The notes below the pieces were generated by a model. The model was not told the DNA's origin and searched no databases. It saw only the letters and a program-made list of their open reading frames with translations. A stretch of DNA of 64,000 nt from a virus. Both the position numbers and the translations under genes were made by a program. Below, piece by piece: positions 42,629 through 52,827 of the stretch; position 1 is the stretch's first letter, and the number at the start of each line of letters is the position of its first letter. The DNA is taken from IMG/VR virus record IMGVR_UViG_3300042309_002885, positions 1 to 64,000 of that record, one strand, 5' to 3'.

Positions 42629-44206
42629 ATGAGACTGTTTAGCGAAAAGGTAGTACCTACCTTTACTAGCTCAAACCTAAACATCCTAACAGTTGAAGAT
42701 TTTCAAGAGATCTTTTTCGATGTTTTTGAGTTTGAGATAAACGGGAAAAAGTTTATAGCAGAAAAAGTTTCCGAGTATAAGGGAGCCCCTGTTGTAGATA
42801 TTCCTTTAGTAATGGAAGGTAAAGAATACAATGCACTGTTTGTAGTGCATCAGGGAGCTTTTGAGGTTCTTTTTAATAAGAGTAGTGCTGTATATAAAAG
42901 AGATGTAGATATAGAGTCTACTTTACATATAAAAGAATCACACGAAGAACTAGAAGAAATTATCTTTGAGAAAAAAGAAGATATACTTACTGAAATTTCT
43001 CAAGCTAGACAGTCTGCAGAGAGATATGCTAAGAAATTAAAGCAGCAAAAAATTCATGAAGCGGATCAATATTTAAATAAAAGAAAAGAAATTTTAGATG
43101 CTGAAATTAATGAGTCTAAAAAAGATCTTTTAAATGAATTTTTATCTCTAGTTGAGAATGTTAAGGGTGAGTTCTTTGAGTTTAATGAAAAGGAAAGGGA
43201 AAAACTCTCTATCTTTATCGAGGATTCTATTTCTGAACTAGCCAATCAGCTGGTTGAGTCTATTGAAGAGAAGCAAGAAGTAGCAGAGAAGAGGTTTAAT
43301 GAGCAGTTAAATGAATTAGCTACAAATATTCTCTCTGGTGTTCTACTTAAAGAGATTAGCTCTAATAACGATAAGTGCGTTAAAGATATTAATGAGCGCT
43401 TTACGTTTATAACTAGCAATCTCAAAACATTATTAAGATCTGAAAGAGATCAAATAGATGAGAATGTAAATAATAAGCTTACTGAATTTAACGATGCTAT
43501 CGTTAGTCTAGAAAAGACCAATATAGAGTTAAATGACCTGATCAACAAGAGAGACAATAGAGCTCTCAGCAGGATCGGTAATGTTAAGTCTCAGTTAGAG
43601 GAAGCTATTGACCTTAGTACTAATACTCTAGTAGCCCGGGTGGATGAGGCTGAGAATAAAATAAGAACCTTTTACGACAATAAGATATCACTAATTGAAG
43701 AGAAAGTAGTTGACCTTACTACAGAAAATAAGCAATACTTTATAGATTTAGTAAATGAATCTAAACAATCTCTCTTAAATGAAATCTCTAATATAAAGGT
43801 TGATGTTCCAAACATTGTTATAGAAAAATCTAATGGTAAGCAGGAAGTAGATCTAAAGGGTATTAAGTCTGAGCTAGAAAAGATTATAGGTACAAGATTT
43901 TCAAATGAGCTACAATCATTAAAGAGATTAATAGAGATGTCTTCTGGTGGTGGTTCCGTTGCAAAGCAGTTTGCAGCTGGAGGTACTATGGAAGGTACAC
44001 TTAATGTAACAGGTCAATATCTTTCAGGCGGTGTAGATCTGCTTACTATTTTCGGTAGTGGTGATGATGTTGCAGTTAACACAGTAGTACGCTCTAGCAG
44101 TGCTAACTGGAATAGTACTTATAGTACGGTAAGCGCTTTAAGTGCTACATGGAGTTTAGGTCCTGATGACTCAAATACAATCATAGGTCTTTCAATCTTT
44201 TTATAA
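42629..44206 (+). CDS. Long coiled-coil protein with fibre-like C-terminus
   Basis: Extended heptads; SSGGGS...GGTMEGTLNVTG...NWNSTYSTV. Confidence 0.65.
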   Translation: MRLFSEKVVPTFTSSNLNILTVEDFQEIFFDVFEFEINGKKFIAEKVSEYKGAPVVDIPLVMEGKEYNALFVVHQGAFEVLFNKSSAVYKRDVDIESTLHIKESHEELEEIIFEKKEDILTEISQARQSAERYAKKLKQQKIHEADQYLNKRKEILDAEINESKKDLLNEFLSLVENVKGEFFEFNEKEREKLSIFIEDSISELANQLVESIEEKQEVAEKRFNEQLNELATNILSGVLLKEISSNNDKCVKDINERFTFITSNLKTLLRSERDQIDENVNNKLTEFNDAIVSLEKTNIELNDLINKRDNRALSRIGNVKSQLEEAIDLSTNTLVARVDEAENKIRTFYDNKISLIEEKVVDLTTENKQYFIDLVNESKQSLLNEISNIKVDVPNIVIEKSNGKQEVDLKGIKSELEKIIGTRFSNELQSLKRLIEMSSGGGSVAKQFAAGGTMEGTLNVTGQYLSGGVDLLTIFGSGDDVAVNTVVRSSSANWNSTYSTVSALSATWSLGPDDSNTIIGLSIFL

Positions 44207-44222
44207 AAAAATAAATAAAATT

Positions 44223-44588
44223 ATGGCAACATATACAAAGCAATTATTATCACAAAGCACAAATGGCAAGTCTATTGTTATAGCTGCCAGTGGTGCTAAC
44301 ACTACAACAATACACACAACACAAGCCTCATCAGATATAATGGACGAGGTATGGTTGTATGCTACAAATTCTACAGCAGCAGATATTACATTAAATGTAT
44401 TGTATGGAGGTACAAATTTTTCAACTGATATTTTATTTGAAGGTGTTATTGAGGCTTATGCTGGAAATACATTAATCTGCCCTGGTTTAATTTTACAAGG
44501 AGATGGAACTACGGGATCTTCTATATATGGAAATGCTAGTGTATTGAGTGGCATTAATGTTTTCGGCTATGTAAATAGGATAAGTTAA
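44223..44588 (+). CDS. Putative virion structural protein
   Basis: MATYTKQLLSQSTNGK...TTIHT...DEVWLYA. Confidence 0.6.
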   Translation: MATYTKQLLSQSTNGKSIVIAASGANTTTIHTTQASSDIMDEVWLYATNSTAADITLNVLYGGTNFSTDILFEGVIEAYAGNTLICPGLILQGDGTTGSSIYGNASVLSGINVFGYVNRIS

Positions 44589-44589
44589 T

Positions 44590-47109
44590 ATGAGTATTCG
44601 TTACGGAAATAAAGTTGGACCGTTAGTCTCACGTAAGTCTTCTTTTTTTAAAAAGGATAGATTTGATCGACTGCGTATTAAACAACCATCACCTACTAGC
44701 TCAACATCAAGCACTTGGACACGTCCAGCTGATTGGCTAACAATGCCGACTATAATATCTTCAGAGCAAAAAATAGCTTTGTTGATGCCAGTGTTTCCGC
44801 AACAATCTAACTTTCTCGCTTTTACAATATCTGGAGCATATACAGTTGATTGGGGTGATGGTGTAACAGAAAATGTTGCATCTGGTGTTAAGGCTCAACA
44901 TGAATACTCTTATACCGACCCAGATTTAAATGCCACCGTTACAAGTGATGGTTATAAAATGGCAGTTGTAGTCATTACTCCTCAAGCTGGTCAAAATATA
45001 ACAAGTGTAGACTTTAACCAAAAATATGCATTAACGGGATCTACATTTCCTGATTCTTCTCCTATATTAGAAATAGTTTTATCTTGCCCAAGTTTAACAG
45101 GTTTAACTCTTGGTAGTGCAACTGTTGCTTCTGTTTTCTGTAAAAATTTAGTTAGTTTTACTGGAGTTAATATGGGATTATTAACTGACTTAACTAATTC
45201 ATTTGCAAATTTAGTTTCATTAAAAAATATATCCCTCAGCGGTACTACTAACGTTACTAATATGACAAGTGCATTTAGTGGTTGTTCTAGTCTTATAAGT
45301 GTATCATTGTCTGATACAGGAAGTGTTACTAATATGACTAGTATGTTTAATAATTGCAGGTCTCTTAATACTGTACCATTATTCAATACAGCAGCTGTTA
45401 CTAATATGAGTGGTATGTTTAGTGGTTGCTCTTCTCTTACAAGTGTTCCACTATTCAATACAGGGGCTGTTACTAGTATGAATAGTATGTTTAGTAGTTG
45501 TACTTCTCTTACAAGCGTACCACTGTTTAATACAGCAGCTGTTACTAATATGAGTTCTATGTTTAGTGGTTGCTCTTCTCTTACAAGTGTTCCACTATTC
45601 AATACAGGGGCTGTTACTAATATGAATAGTATGTTTGCCTCTTGTTCCCGTCTTCAGACTGTACCATTATTTAACACGCAAAATGTTACTACTATGGGAG
45701 GTAATATTCCACCAGAAGGAATGTTTTTTAGCTGTAGATCACTTACAAGTGTACCACTATTCAATACAGCAGCTGTTACTAGTATGGGTAGTATGTTTTT
45801 TAGTTGTACTTCTCTTACAAGTGTACCGCTTTTTAATACAATAGCTGTTACTAATATGGTTAGTATGTTTAGTAGTTGTACTTCTCTTACAACTGTACCA
45901 CTGTTTAATACAGCAGCTGTTACTAATATGGGTAGTATGTTTTTTAGTTGTACTTCTCTTACAAGTGTACCGTTATTCAATACAGGGGCTGTGCAATTCA
46001 CGAGTACTATGTTTAATAGTTGTACTTCTCTTACAACTGTACCACTGTTTAATACAGCAGCTGTTACTAGTATGAATAGTATGTTTAATAGTTGTACTTC
46101 TCTTACAACTGTACCGTTATTCAATACAGGGGCTGTTACTGATATGAATAGTATGTTTAGTGGTTGCTCTTCTCTTACAACTGTACCACTGTTTAATACA
46201 GCAGCTGTTACTAATATGGGTGGTATGTTTAGTAGTTGTACTTCTCTTACAACTGTACCACTGTTTAATACAGCAGCTGTTACTAATATGGTTAGTATGT
46301 TTAGTGGTTGCTCTTCTCTTACAAGTGTACCGTTATTCAATACAGCAGCTGTTACTAATATGAGTTCTATGTTTAGTGGTTGCTCTTCTCTTACAACTGT
46401 ACCGTTATTAATTTCAGGTGCTGGAACAAGTACAGGAAAGTTTGGTAGTATTTTTACAAGTTGTATATCACTTACAAGAGCAGCATTAAGCGGATCTGAA
46501 TATTCAATAAGTTATAGTGGTTGTAAATTATCAAAAGAAGAATTAGAATCTATATTCAATTATCTAGACACAATAGGTGCTGCTTCTCAAACAATAACAG
46601 TAACAAACAATTGGGGAGCGCCGACACCTGTAACTCTTACAGGAACTACAACAGCTGGTAGCACAACAATAACAATGGCAAACACAACTGGTATTGCTGT
46701 AGGTATGCAAATTACTGGTACTGGTTCCCCTCTTACAACAGCAAGAGCTGTTACATTTACTGATGCTGGCGATCTGGTCAACTTAGCATCACATGGTTTA
46801 AGTAATGGAGATGAAGTTTCTTTTGCAACTATAGTAACAACGACTGGTATTGTTACTAATAGAATTTATTATGTAGTCAATGCTACAGCTGGAACATTTC
46901 AAGTAGCAGCAACTCTAGGTGGTCCAGCACTAGCATTAACGATAAACGGTTCTGGAACCTTACGCTATCGTACACAGGTTGTATCAATTAACCCCAACGT
47001 AAGCGTCACAGTATCACGACAAATGGCTGCGGGGGGTGCAAATAGTTTAACATTTAGACAATTAAGAACTGGAACAGCCCTATTAAAAGGCTGGGCAGTA
47101 ACAGCATAA
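44590..47109 (+). CDS. BspA/DUF285-like repeat protein (putative fibre or adhesin)
   Basis: VDWGDG motif, 14 PLFNT..VT.M..MF..C.SLT.V repeats, Thr/Gly-rich C-terminal domain. Confidence 0.8.
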   Translation: MSIRYGNKVGPLVSRKSSFFKKDRFDRLRIKQPSPTSSTSSTWTRPADWLTMPTIISSEQKIALLMPVFPQQSNFLAFTISGAYTVDWGDGVTENVASGVKAQHEYSYTDPDLNATVTSDGYKMAVVVITPQAGQNITSVDFNQKYALTGSTFPDSSPILEIVLSCPSLTGLTLGSATVASVFCKNLVSFTGVNMGLLTDLTNSFANLVSLKNISLSGTTNVTNMTSAFSGCSSLISVSLSDTGSVTNMTSMFNNCRSLNTVPLFNTAAVTNMSGMFSGCSSLTSVPLFNTGAVTSMNSMFSSCTSLTSVPLFNTAAVTNMSSMFSGCSSLTSVPLFNTGAVTNMNSMFASCSRLQTVPLFNTQNVTTMGGNIPPEGMFFSCRSLTSVPLFNTAAVTSMGSMFFSCTSLTSVPLFNTIAVTNMVSMFSSCTSLTTVPLFNTAAVTNMGSMFFSCTSLTSVPLFNTGAVQFTSTMFNSCTSLTTVPLFNTAAVTSMNSMFNSCTSLTTVPLFNTGAVTDMNSMFSGCSSLTTVPLFNTAAVTNMGGMFSSCTSLTTVPLFNTAAVTNMVSMFSGCSSLTSVPLFNTAAVTNMSSMFSGCSSLTTVPLLISGAGTSTGKFGSIFTSCISLTRAALSGSEYSISYSGCKLSKEELESIFNYLDTIGAASQTITVTNNWGAPTPVTLTGTTTAGSTTITMANTTGIAVGMQITGTGSPLTTARAVTFTDAGDLVNLASHGLSNGDEVSFATIVTTTGIVTNRIYYVVNATAGTFQVAATLGGPALALTINGSGTLRYRTQVVSINPNVSVTVSRQMAAGGANSLTFRQLRTGTALLKGWAVTA
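45373..46398 (+). repeat. 14 tandem 72-bp coding repeats (unit 5 has an 18-bp insertion)
   Basis: 14 x 72 + 18 = 1026 bp, units read directly. Confidence 0.9.
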
Positions 47110-47113
47110 TTTT

Positions 47114-47281
47114 ATGACATCAGGATTTTACAAAAAAGATAATGAGGAACTTTTCTATGCTCCAAACATAGTAGAAGGAAATGGGTTTGTGTTAGTAGCG
47201 CAAGACAAAGATCAATATGAATATCCAGTAGATGGATGGTATTGGTTTGAAAGTGAAGAAGAAGCTATTACGACACTATAA
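47114..47281 (+). CDS. Small fibre-associated protein
   Basis: Below track threshold; MTSGFYKKDNEELFYAPN...YPVDGWYWFESEEEA. Confidence 0.65.
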   Translation: MTSGFYKKDNEELFYAPNIVEGNGFVLVAQDKDQYEYPVDGWYWFESEEEAITTL

Positions 47282-47288
47282 TAAAAAA

Positions 47289-47312
47289 AGAGCCGATCTT
47301 TCGATCGGCTCT
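47289..47312. terminator. Terminator hairpin between convergent genes
   Basis: AGAGCCGATC-TTTC-GATCGGCTCT with an A run on the left (U tract on the minus strand). Confidence 0.85.
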
Positions 47313-47334
47313 CTTAGTATATGAAGAAGAAGTA

Positions 47335-47730
47335 TTAACGATAACCTAGATATACTTCCTTTTGAATCTGCGGATAAGATGTATTAAATCCATTTGCTGT
47401 TAGACTCTGTGTAGCTGCTCCTGTTGCTACTGTGAAGAGCGAGGAAGAATTATCTGTGAATATAAGAGCCATTGTTTGACCGTTATATGCTTGATCTACT
47501 CTCAGTGTTGTTCCAATAGCTGCAGAGAGAGTAGTAAAAGAACCTGTTCCAGAAGCTGGTGCGGTGAGTGCGTTAAAAGCAATACCACGTACCTGACTAT
47601 TATTAGCTGTACCGGTAGATACAAGTTCGACTGTTTTAAATTCACCCGTACTAGATAACGACCAATTTAAATTAACAGGTGTAGTACCGAACGAAGAGAG
47701 AGCTTGATTGTTGAAACTAATGACTGGCAT
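47335..47730 (-). CDS. Late protein downstream of gp23 (possible capsid decoration)
   Basis: ATAAATA upstream; Ser/Thr/Gly-rich beta protein. Confidence 0.6.
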   Translation of the reverse strand: MPVISFNNQALSSFGTTPVNLNWSLSSTGEFKTVELVSTGTANNSQVRGIAFNALTAPASGTGSFTTLSAAIGTTLRVDQAYNGQTMALIFTDNSSSLFTVATGAATQSLTANGFNTSYPQIQKEVYLGYR

Positions 47731-47762
47731 ATTATTATTTATTCATCTCCATATCTTTTTAT

Positions 47763-47798
47763 ATAAAAAAATGGCGAGGTCTTCGGCCCCCGCCATTT
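47763..47798 (-). terminator. Terminator after the major capsid gene
   Basis: AAATGGCG...CGCCATTT stem with a CGAA-type loop and T run on the minus strand. Confidence 0.75.
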
Positions 47799-47829
47799 AA
47801 AGTTTAGTTGTACCTAACGCAACTATCTA

Positions 47830-49299
47830 TCAAAAATAGACATTTTGTGCAGCCGGGCTAAATGCAGTACCTAAGCCGTTTACAATTACAACGTGGTAAT
47901 AGAGATTTGCACCAAAGATGTTATCTACAACACCATAACGTGTAAGTAGACCTACGCGTGGAGCGAAGTCATTTGGACCAATTGTTCTCTGTACCATGAT
48001 TGGAATGTAAGGGCAATAGATGATACCTGTATCGTAGAACTCTGAGCCCTTGTAACCAAGAAGCGCATATTCAATCGAAGAGGTGTAGTTATTTGAATAA
48101 CCTGCATTATATCCGTATTGTACTTCTGTACGTGTATCGCGATAAACCGTGAATCTTCCACCAACAGAGCCTACTTTCGCTACACCAACTGGCTGTGTTG
48201 ATACATCACCTTGAACTGGTACCCACTGAAATTCAGGGAGCATTTCAAGAATTGCACAAACACGTGGTGTTGCAACAATGAAGTTAGCAGCACCGCGTCT
48301 GTTACGAACAGCGATTCTGTTTGCTTCAATAATAAGCTTTTGATAGAAGTCTCTATTTCTTTCAACGAGCCATCTGCCGTCAGCAGAAGCTGGGCTCCAG
48401 AAGGAGTAACCTGCTCCTTGACCTGCGTTCAGTGCGGATTGAATCATTCTTATGATCATTTCACGGTCGATTTCTGCTTGAATCTCATACGACATAGCGT
48501 TTGTGATTTCAGCATCGATATCAATACCGTTCATGTTCTTAAGGTCTTGTTCAAGCTCAACTGACCAGCGTGCACCAAGTCTACGTGTACCTGCTTCAAC
48601 AGCGGTCTTCTCGAACTTAACTTCAACTTGCGGGATGTTACCTGTAATTTCAAACGCAGATAAGATCTGAGCAACGCCCTGATCTTGTGCGGAGAAAGTC
48701 CAAGGAGCAGCGCCAGAGAGTCTCGACGAAGATGCACCAGTGAAACGAGTATCTAAGAATTGATAGCCAAGCTCTCTGTTTTCAACAGTACCATTATACT
48801 GAGTTTGGCCTGGGTAACCAACAGGTGTACCTGGACCAGTAGTACCGGCATTGTTGTAAGCAGATGCTACACCATCAATACCATTACCGAGGTATTGTGA
48901 TTGATATGTGTAACGAAGAGCAAATGCAAGACCTACTGGACCTGACATTGGCTGTACGCCTACGATCTCGTTTGAAATAAGCTCAGGGAATGTGCGACGG
49001 ATCATCGGAATAAGGATCTTTGGAAGACGTTGATCTCCTGTAGCATAGCTATCAGAAGAATTAACTTGGCCAGCTCCTGGGTTGTAACCACCACCACCAC
49101 CGAGAATACCGGTGTTGTTAGCTTCAGTCATACACCATTGTTCTTGGTTCTCAAGAAGAATAGCGGTATTTAAGCGAGCGTGTTCGTCTTTAATTTCCTT
49201 TACCGAATCAGAAGAATAGTTAAGAACAGGTGACCACTTTTCTAGAAGTGCTTCAGCTCTGTTTTTATCTACAAATGATTGTGTCGGACGAATTTTCAT
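47830..49299 (-). CDS. gp23: Major capsid protein (T4 gp23-like)
   Basis: LLEKWSPVL, GVQPMSGPVGLAFALR, RRLGARWSVELEQDLK, EIDRE, YCPYIP, GLLTRYG. Confidence 0.97.
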   Translation of the reverse strand: MKIRPTQSFVDKNRAEALLEKWSPVLNYSSDSVKEIKDEHARLNTAILLENQEQWCMTEANNTGILGGGGGYNPGAGQVNSSDSYATGDQRLPKILIPMIRRTFPELISNEIVGVQPMSGPVGLAFALRYTYQSQYLGNGIDGVASAYNNAGTTGPGTPVGYPGQTQYNGTVENRELGYQFLDTRFTGASSSRLSGAAPWTFSAQDQGVAQILSAFEITGNIPQVEVKFEKTAVEAGTRRLGARWSVELEQDLKNMNGIDIDAEITNAMSYEIQAEIDREMIIRMIQSALNAGQGAGYSFWSPASADGRWLVERNRDFYQKLIIEANRIAVRNRRGAANFIVATPRVCAILEMLPEFQWVPVQGDVSTQPVGVAKVGSVGGRFTVYRDTRTEVQYGYNAGYSNNYTSSIEYALLGYKGSEFYDTGIIYCPYIPIMVQRTIGPNDFAPRVGLLTRYGVVDNIFGANLYYHVVIVNGLGTAFSPAAQNVYF

Positions 49300-49362
49300 A
49301 TTGCTTTGTTTCCTTTCAAAATACTCAGGTTATATTATAACCTCAACAATTGGGAGAATTTT

Positions 49363-50214
49363 TTATTTATATTTCTGTAACTCTGAAATATAGGGATTAT
49401 TGATCACCGTTTTAGGAGCTTGTGTTTCCTTTATTACTGGTGTATCTGATTTTACTTTTCTAGTTTGAAACGCTTCTTCTTTTAGAATGTTTAATCTTTC
49501 AGTTTCTTTTTTCTCAAAAAGTCGTAGCGTATAGTTGAAATTTTCTTCTATAAATTTTGGCGCTTTGTCACCTAGAACACGCTTAATGTATTCTTTCTTT
49601 TTATCCGAAAGACCAGCGGTTTTGTTTTCAAGAATGAGGGCGGATTTTGTTTTAATGTAATTTTCTTTTATTACGGTATTTTCCTTTTCAAGACTTGTAA
49701 CTTTATTTGTTAGCTCATCGATTTGATTTTTACCATCGATTACAGCGGTCTGAACCGATTCGCTCATAAGTGCTGAGTCAATTGCTAATACACGACGTAA
49801 GTTACCAAGTACCTCTCTAGCTGTCTTATTCTTAGTTGCTTCTACAATTGCTTCAGATGGAATAGCTTCTTCGAGAAACTCTTCTAAGTAATTAGAAATA
49901 GATTCTACAAGAGTCTCTTTAAAGTTGTTAGCTTCATTTGTAAGCTCTGCTTCGTATTTTTTAATAACCTTTACAAGCTTGTTAGAGTTATTCTTATCAA
50001 TAGATTCAACTACTCTCTTTAGTTTTGCCGTGTGATCTTTATCTATAGCAGTTATTAGTTGTTGTAACTTTTTGGCATATAAATCATCCTGCTGTGCTAG
50101 TGCCGATTCTACGGTAATTTCTAGCTTTTTAGTAAAAGCCTCTTCTATAGCGTGAAGAGACTCTTCTGTTAAAACTTGCTTTGCTTCATCTGTTAGTAGT
50201 GTTGATACTTTCAT
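49363..50214 (-). CDS. gp22: Prohead core/scaffolding protein (gp22-like)
   Basis: Acidic coiled coil directly upstream of gp23; ISNYLEEFLEE. Confidence 0.8.
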   Translation of the reverse strand: MKVSTLLTDEAKQVLTEESLHAIEEAFTKKLEITVESALAQQDDLYAKKLQQLITAIDKDHTAKLKRVVESIDKNNSNKLVKVIKKYEAELTNEANNFKETLVESISNYLEEFLEEAIPSEAIVEATKNKTAREVLGNLRRVLAIDSALMSESVQTAVIDGKNQIDELTNKVTSLEKENTVIKENYIKTKSALILENKTAGLSDKKKEYIKRVLGDKAPKFIEENFNYTLRLFEKKETERLNILKEEAFQTRKVKSDTPVIKETQAPKTVINNPYISELQKYK

Positions 50215-50217
50215 ATA

Positions 50218-50484
50218 TTAAAAGAGAGGTTTGTTAAGCGAAGAAGATATTCTAGATTTAATCTTGTCTTCTATTACTTGCTTTAAATATTTATGAGCAA
50301 GAGCGTATTTTTTTGTAGAAATTGATGTAATAAAGTTTTTTATATCTGGTGACTCTTTCACTATCTTTTTCTTCTTATTTTTAGTAGACTTTATAACTCT
50401 ATCCTTAGAACCCTTAAATTCATCTGATGGCGACTCAATCTTACCGTCGCGATCATAATCTTTTTTAGCTTTTTGCTTAGACAT
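50218..50484 (-). CDS. Small prohead core protein (gp67/gp68-like position)
   Basis: KDYDRDGKIES motif; position between gp21 and gp22. Confidence 0.55.
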   Translation of the reverse strand: MSKQKAKKDYDRDGKIESPSDEFKGSKDRVIKSTKNKKKKIVKESPDIKNFITSISTKKYALAHKYLKQVIEDKIKSRISSSLNKPLF

Positions 50485-50492
50485 ACTATTAT

Positions 50493-51158
50493 TTATATCG
50501 AACGTATGAATTTTAGTATGTGTTCTCTTAAAAATGCATCAACTCCTTTTTTAGGTAGTCTGTTAATAGCTTTTTCGAAATTTTCATATACTTCCTCGTA
50601 TTTACCGTTATCTGCTACTACCCACTGTTTTGATTCTAAAATACCATTCACAAAGGCCTTAGGGAATGATGGATCCGCAACACAATCAACAGCAACTAAT
50701 TTAAGATTTCTAACAACATTATGACTTGCTCCCTCTTCGAGTGTTCCGAGTGCTCTTGACGACATGCCCACCTTCACACCATCGTTAATTAATGACCGTA
50801 CAATCATACCACACGGTGTTGATAATACTTTCGATTTACCGTAGAATACGTTATTATCTTCATATAATTCTGTAACTATATGACATGCCCTCTCAAGATC
50901 TACATCTGCAGAAGTAGGGTGATTAAGCTCACCCATTGCTCTCCCTGGTAGTACCATTTCTTGGTTATAGCGCTCTACCTCTCTTCTTAATTCATCTATA
51001 GGGTACATTCGCTTATTCTTGTTAACTCCCTCCGCCATCATATAAGGCCCTTTAATGAATAATGTTGAAGGTGCATTTCTATTGGATTCTTCAACTACAT
51101 ATTCAAACTGATCGTCGAGAGCTGGTTTTTCTACTAATAGGTTAAGCTTAAGTGCCAT
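50493..51158 (-). CDS. gp21: Prohead protease (gp21-like)
   Basis: NKNKRMYP, AMGELNHP, GMSSRALG, DCVADPSFPKAFVNGILE. Confidence 0.93.
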   Translation of the reverse strand: MALKLNLLVEKPALDDQFEYVVEESNRNAPSTLFIKGPYMMAEGVNKNKRMYPIDELRREVERYNQEMVLPGRAMGELNHPTSADVDLERACHIVTELYEDNNVFYGKSKVLSTPCGMIVRSLINDGVKVGMSSRALGTLEEGASHNVVRNLKLVAVDCVADPSFPKAFVNGILESKQWVVADNGKYEEVYENFEKAINRLPKKGVDAFLREHILKFIRSI

Positions 51159-51220
51159 ATTTATATTTATTGTTTTTATATAATAATCTATAAAATATCG
51201 CAACAAACATGTAAAGTGGA

Positions 51221-51664
51221 CTATTTTAATTCCTTCTCTGTTATAATAATAAATTCCATGTTCTTTTTTTTACAAAATTCTCTTGCTGCCTGCCACTTTG
51301 ATTGATTTTTTAAATACATGGTTTGTTCGTATATTAAGTGTTCTTTGTTTTTATATTTTGTTTTTGGAGGTAGTAATTGTTTAGAGGGTTTTATCTCTAC
51401 AAGATATTGTTTAATTTTACTACCTTCTTTTATTACAACGAAATTATCTACATAATATCTATGGACTTTATTGTCTAAAGGCGAAATATACGGTATAACA
51501 ACGTTTTCACTACCCCATTTTATAATGTTATCATTTGTATCACAAAAACGCATAAACTTAAGCTCGAGACCAGATCGGTATATTGCCTGCGTACCAATAA
51601 ATTTTTGTTTATTTGTTGGTACAAAAATACCTTGCCTGTATTTGTTATTCTTTATTAATTTCAT
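51221..51664 (-). CDS. gp4: Head completion nuclease (gp4-like, TnsA-type)
   Basis: YRSGLELKFM.FCD, WGSE, HRYYVDN, VEIKP, KWQAA. Confidence 0.88.
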   Translation of the reverse strand: MKLIKNNKYRQGIFVPTNKQKFIGTQAIYRSGLELKFMRFCDTNDNIIKWGSENVVIPYISPLDNKVHRYYVDNFVVIKEGSKIKQYLVEIKPSKQLLPPKTKYKNKEHLIYEQTMYLKNQSKWQAAREFCKKKNMEFIIITEKELK

Positions 51665-51666
51665 AA

Positions 51667-52812
51667 TTAACCAATAAAGAAAAACGGTGGATCAGCATCA
51701 CCAAAGCCTGCAGATGCCCCAGTAAGTAGCATTTGTTCAAGCTCTTTTTTCTCCGTTAGTCCCTCAGCGAGCAAGTCGTAATTTAACGTACCACCACCTA
51801 ACAGCGAAACATTTGAAAATTTACTACGTACTCTGCCTATAACAATTTTTGTCAGTGCTGTTGCATACTCATACACCCACTGCTCTTTTACTAAGTCTCG
51901 GATCGGTCTTTCTAAGTAACACGCTAAGACACCGTAAAAAGCGCTTGAGCCGGGCTGTGGATACATTTGAAGGTATTGAGTTCTTTCATCGAACTTTAAA
52001 TCTCGCCTAACAGCGAGTATTTTCTCTCGTGTGTCAAGCCATTCTTTTAAGGCGTACCACGACACTAAATCAAAACCATAATTACCTAACGCATAACTAA
52101 AGTATGTTTGTTGTGCTAGTGTTTGTTCTAATGTAAATAGTGTATTGACACCCTGATTTGAACCTTCTTCAAACTCAACAACACTAACCACCTTTCTATA
52201 ATCCATCACATCGTAATCAAATACATTAGAATAATCCATTGCTGTAGTAATATTTGATTCGAGAGATATATTCTTTTTTTGTGATTTTTTAAAATAGCTA
52301 CTCAGTGTAATATCAAATGTGGTTATTTTATTAAATAATTGCTCGTCAAATATTTCCAATTCATCTATACCGTCTGTAAACAGACCTGATAGTTCATTGC
52401 TTTGTGAAAAAACCGATGTGGGTATTGATGATAGGGATATATAAACCTGGTTGGGTGTTTCGGCTGTAAAGTCTGACCCTGCCCATTTCGGTACATTACT
52501 TGTCTTTTCTTTATCTGTTAACCCGGCTTTAGCTATTGTATATAAATGATCCAGCCTTATACCTCTATTCTTTTCATACAGCTTTGAGCTGAAGATTAAG
52601 AATTCTTTTGTAAAACCTGCAAACTTTGAAAAATACTCTACTGCTATTTGTATGTTTTGAAACAACTGATCCTGGTGTACTTCAAGTGTAATTAACGGAT
52701 ATCCTAAAGATCTCTTAATCCTCTCTGCAACATCAGAAAAAGTCTCTAACTTATTATTTAAGTTAGTTGATTGAAAAGCTGAAACAGGCTGTACTTCACA
52801 TGCTAATGACAT
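51667..52812 (-). CDS. gp13: Neck protein (gp13-like)
   Basis: IKRSLGYP..EV..DQ, WVYEYATALTK...GRVRSKF..VSLLGGGTLN. Confidence 0.8.
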   Translation of the reverse strand: MSLACEVQPVSAFQSTNLNNKLETFSDVAERIKRSLGYPLITLEVHQDQLFQNIQIAVEYFSKFAGFTKEFLIFSSKLYEKNRGIRLDHLYTIAKAGLTDKEKTSNVPKWAGSDFTAETPNQVYISLSSIPTSVFSQSNELSGLFTDGIDELEIFDEQLFNKITTFDITLSSYFKKSQKKNISLESNITTAMDYSNVFDYDVMDYRKVVSVVEFEEGSNQGVNTLFTLEQTLAQQTYFSYALGNYGFDLVSWYALKEWLDTREKILAVRRDLKFDERTQYLQMYPQPGSSAFYGVLACYLERPIRDLVKEQWVYEYATALTKIVIGRVRSKFSNVSLLGGGTLNYDLLAEGLTEKKELEQMLLTGASAGFGDADPPFFFIG

Positions 52813-52827
52813 GTATATATTTAGTCA

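Noticed and set aside
44991-46340. Long minus-strand ORFs (203 and 228 aa) with repeated NSGTLVREVQLLN
   Set aside because: Antisense shadows of the 72-bp repeats in the BspA-like gene; no promoter or independent coding signal.
45373-46398. Repeat array as a CRISPR array
   Set aside because: Units are contiguous in-frame coding repeats with no unique spacers; no cas genes in the window.
44590-47109. PLFN in BspA repeats as a link to the PExHPLFN family
   Set aside because: Flanking context differs completely (VPLFNT versus PETHPLFN); a four-residue match is likely coincidental.
49326-49342. AGGTTATA-T-TATAACCT palindrome between gp22 and gp23
   Set aside because: Short and AT-rich; plausibly an ordinary mRNA-stabilising or processing hairpin, with no further support.
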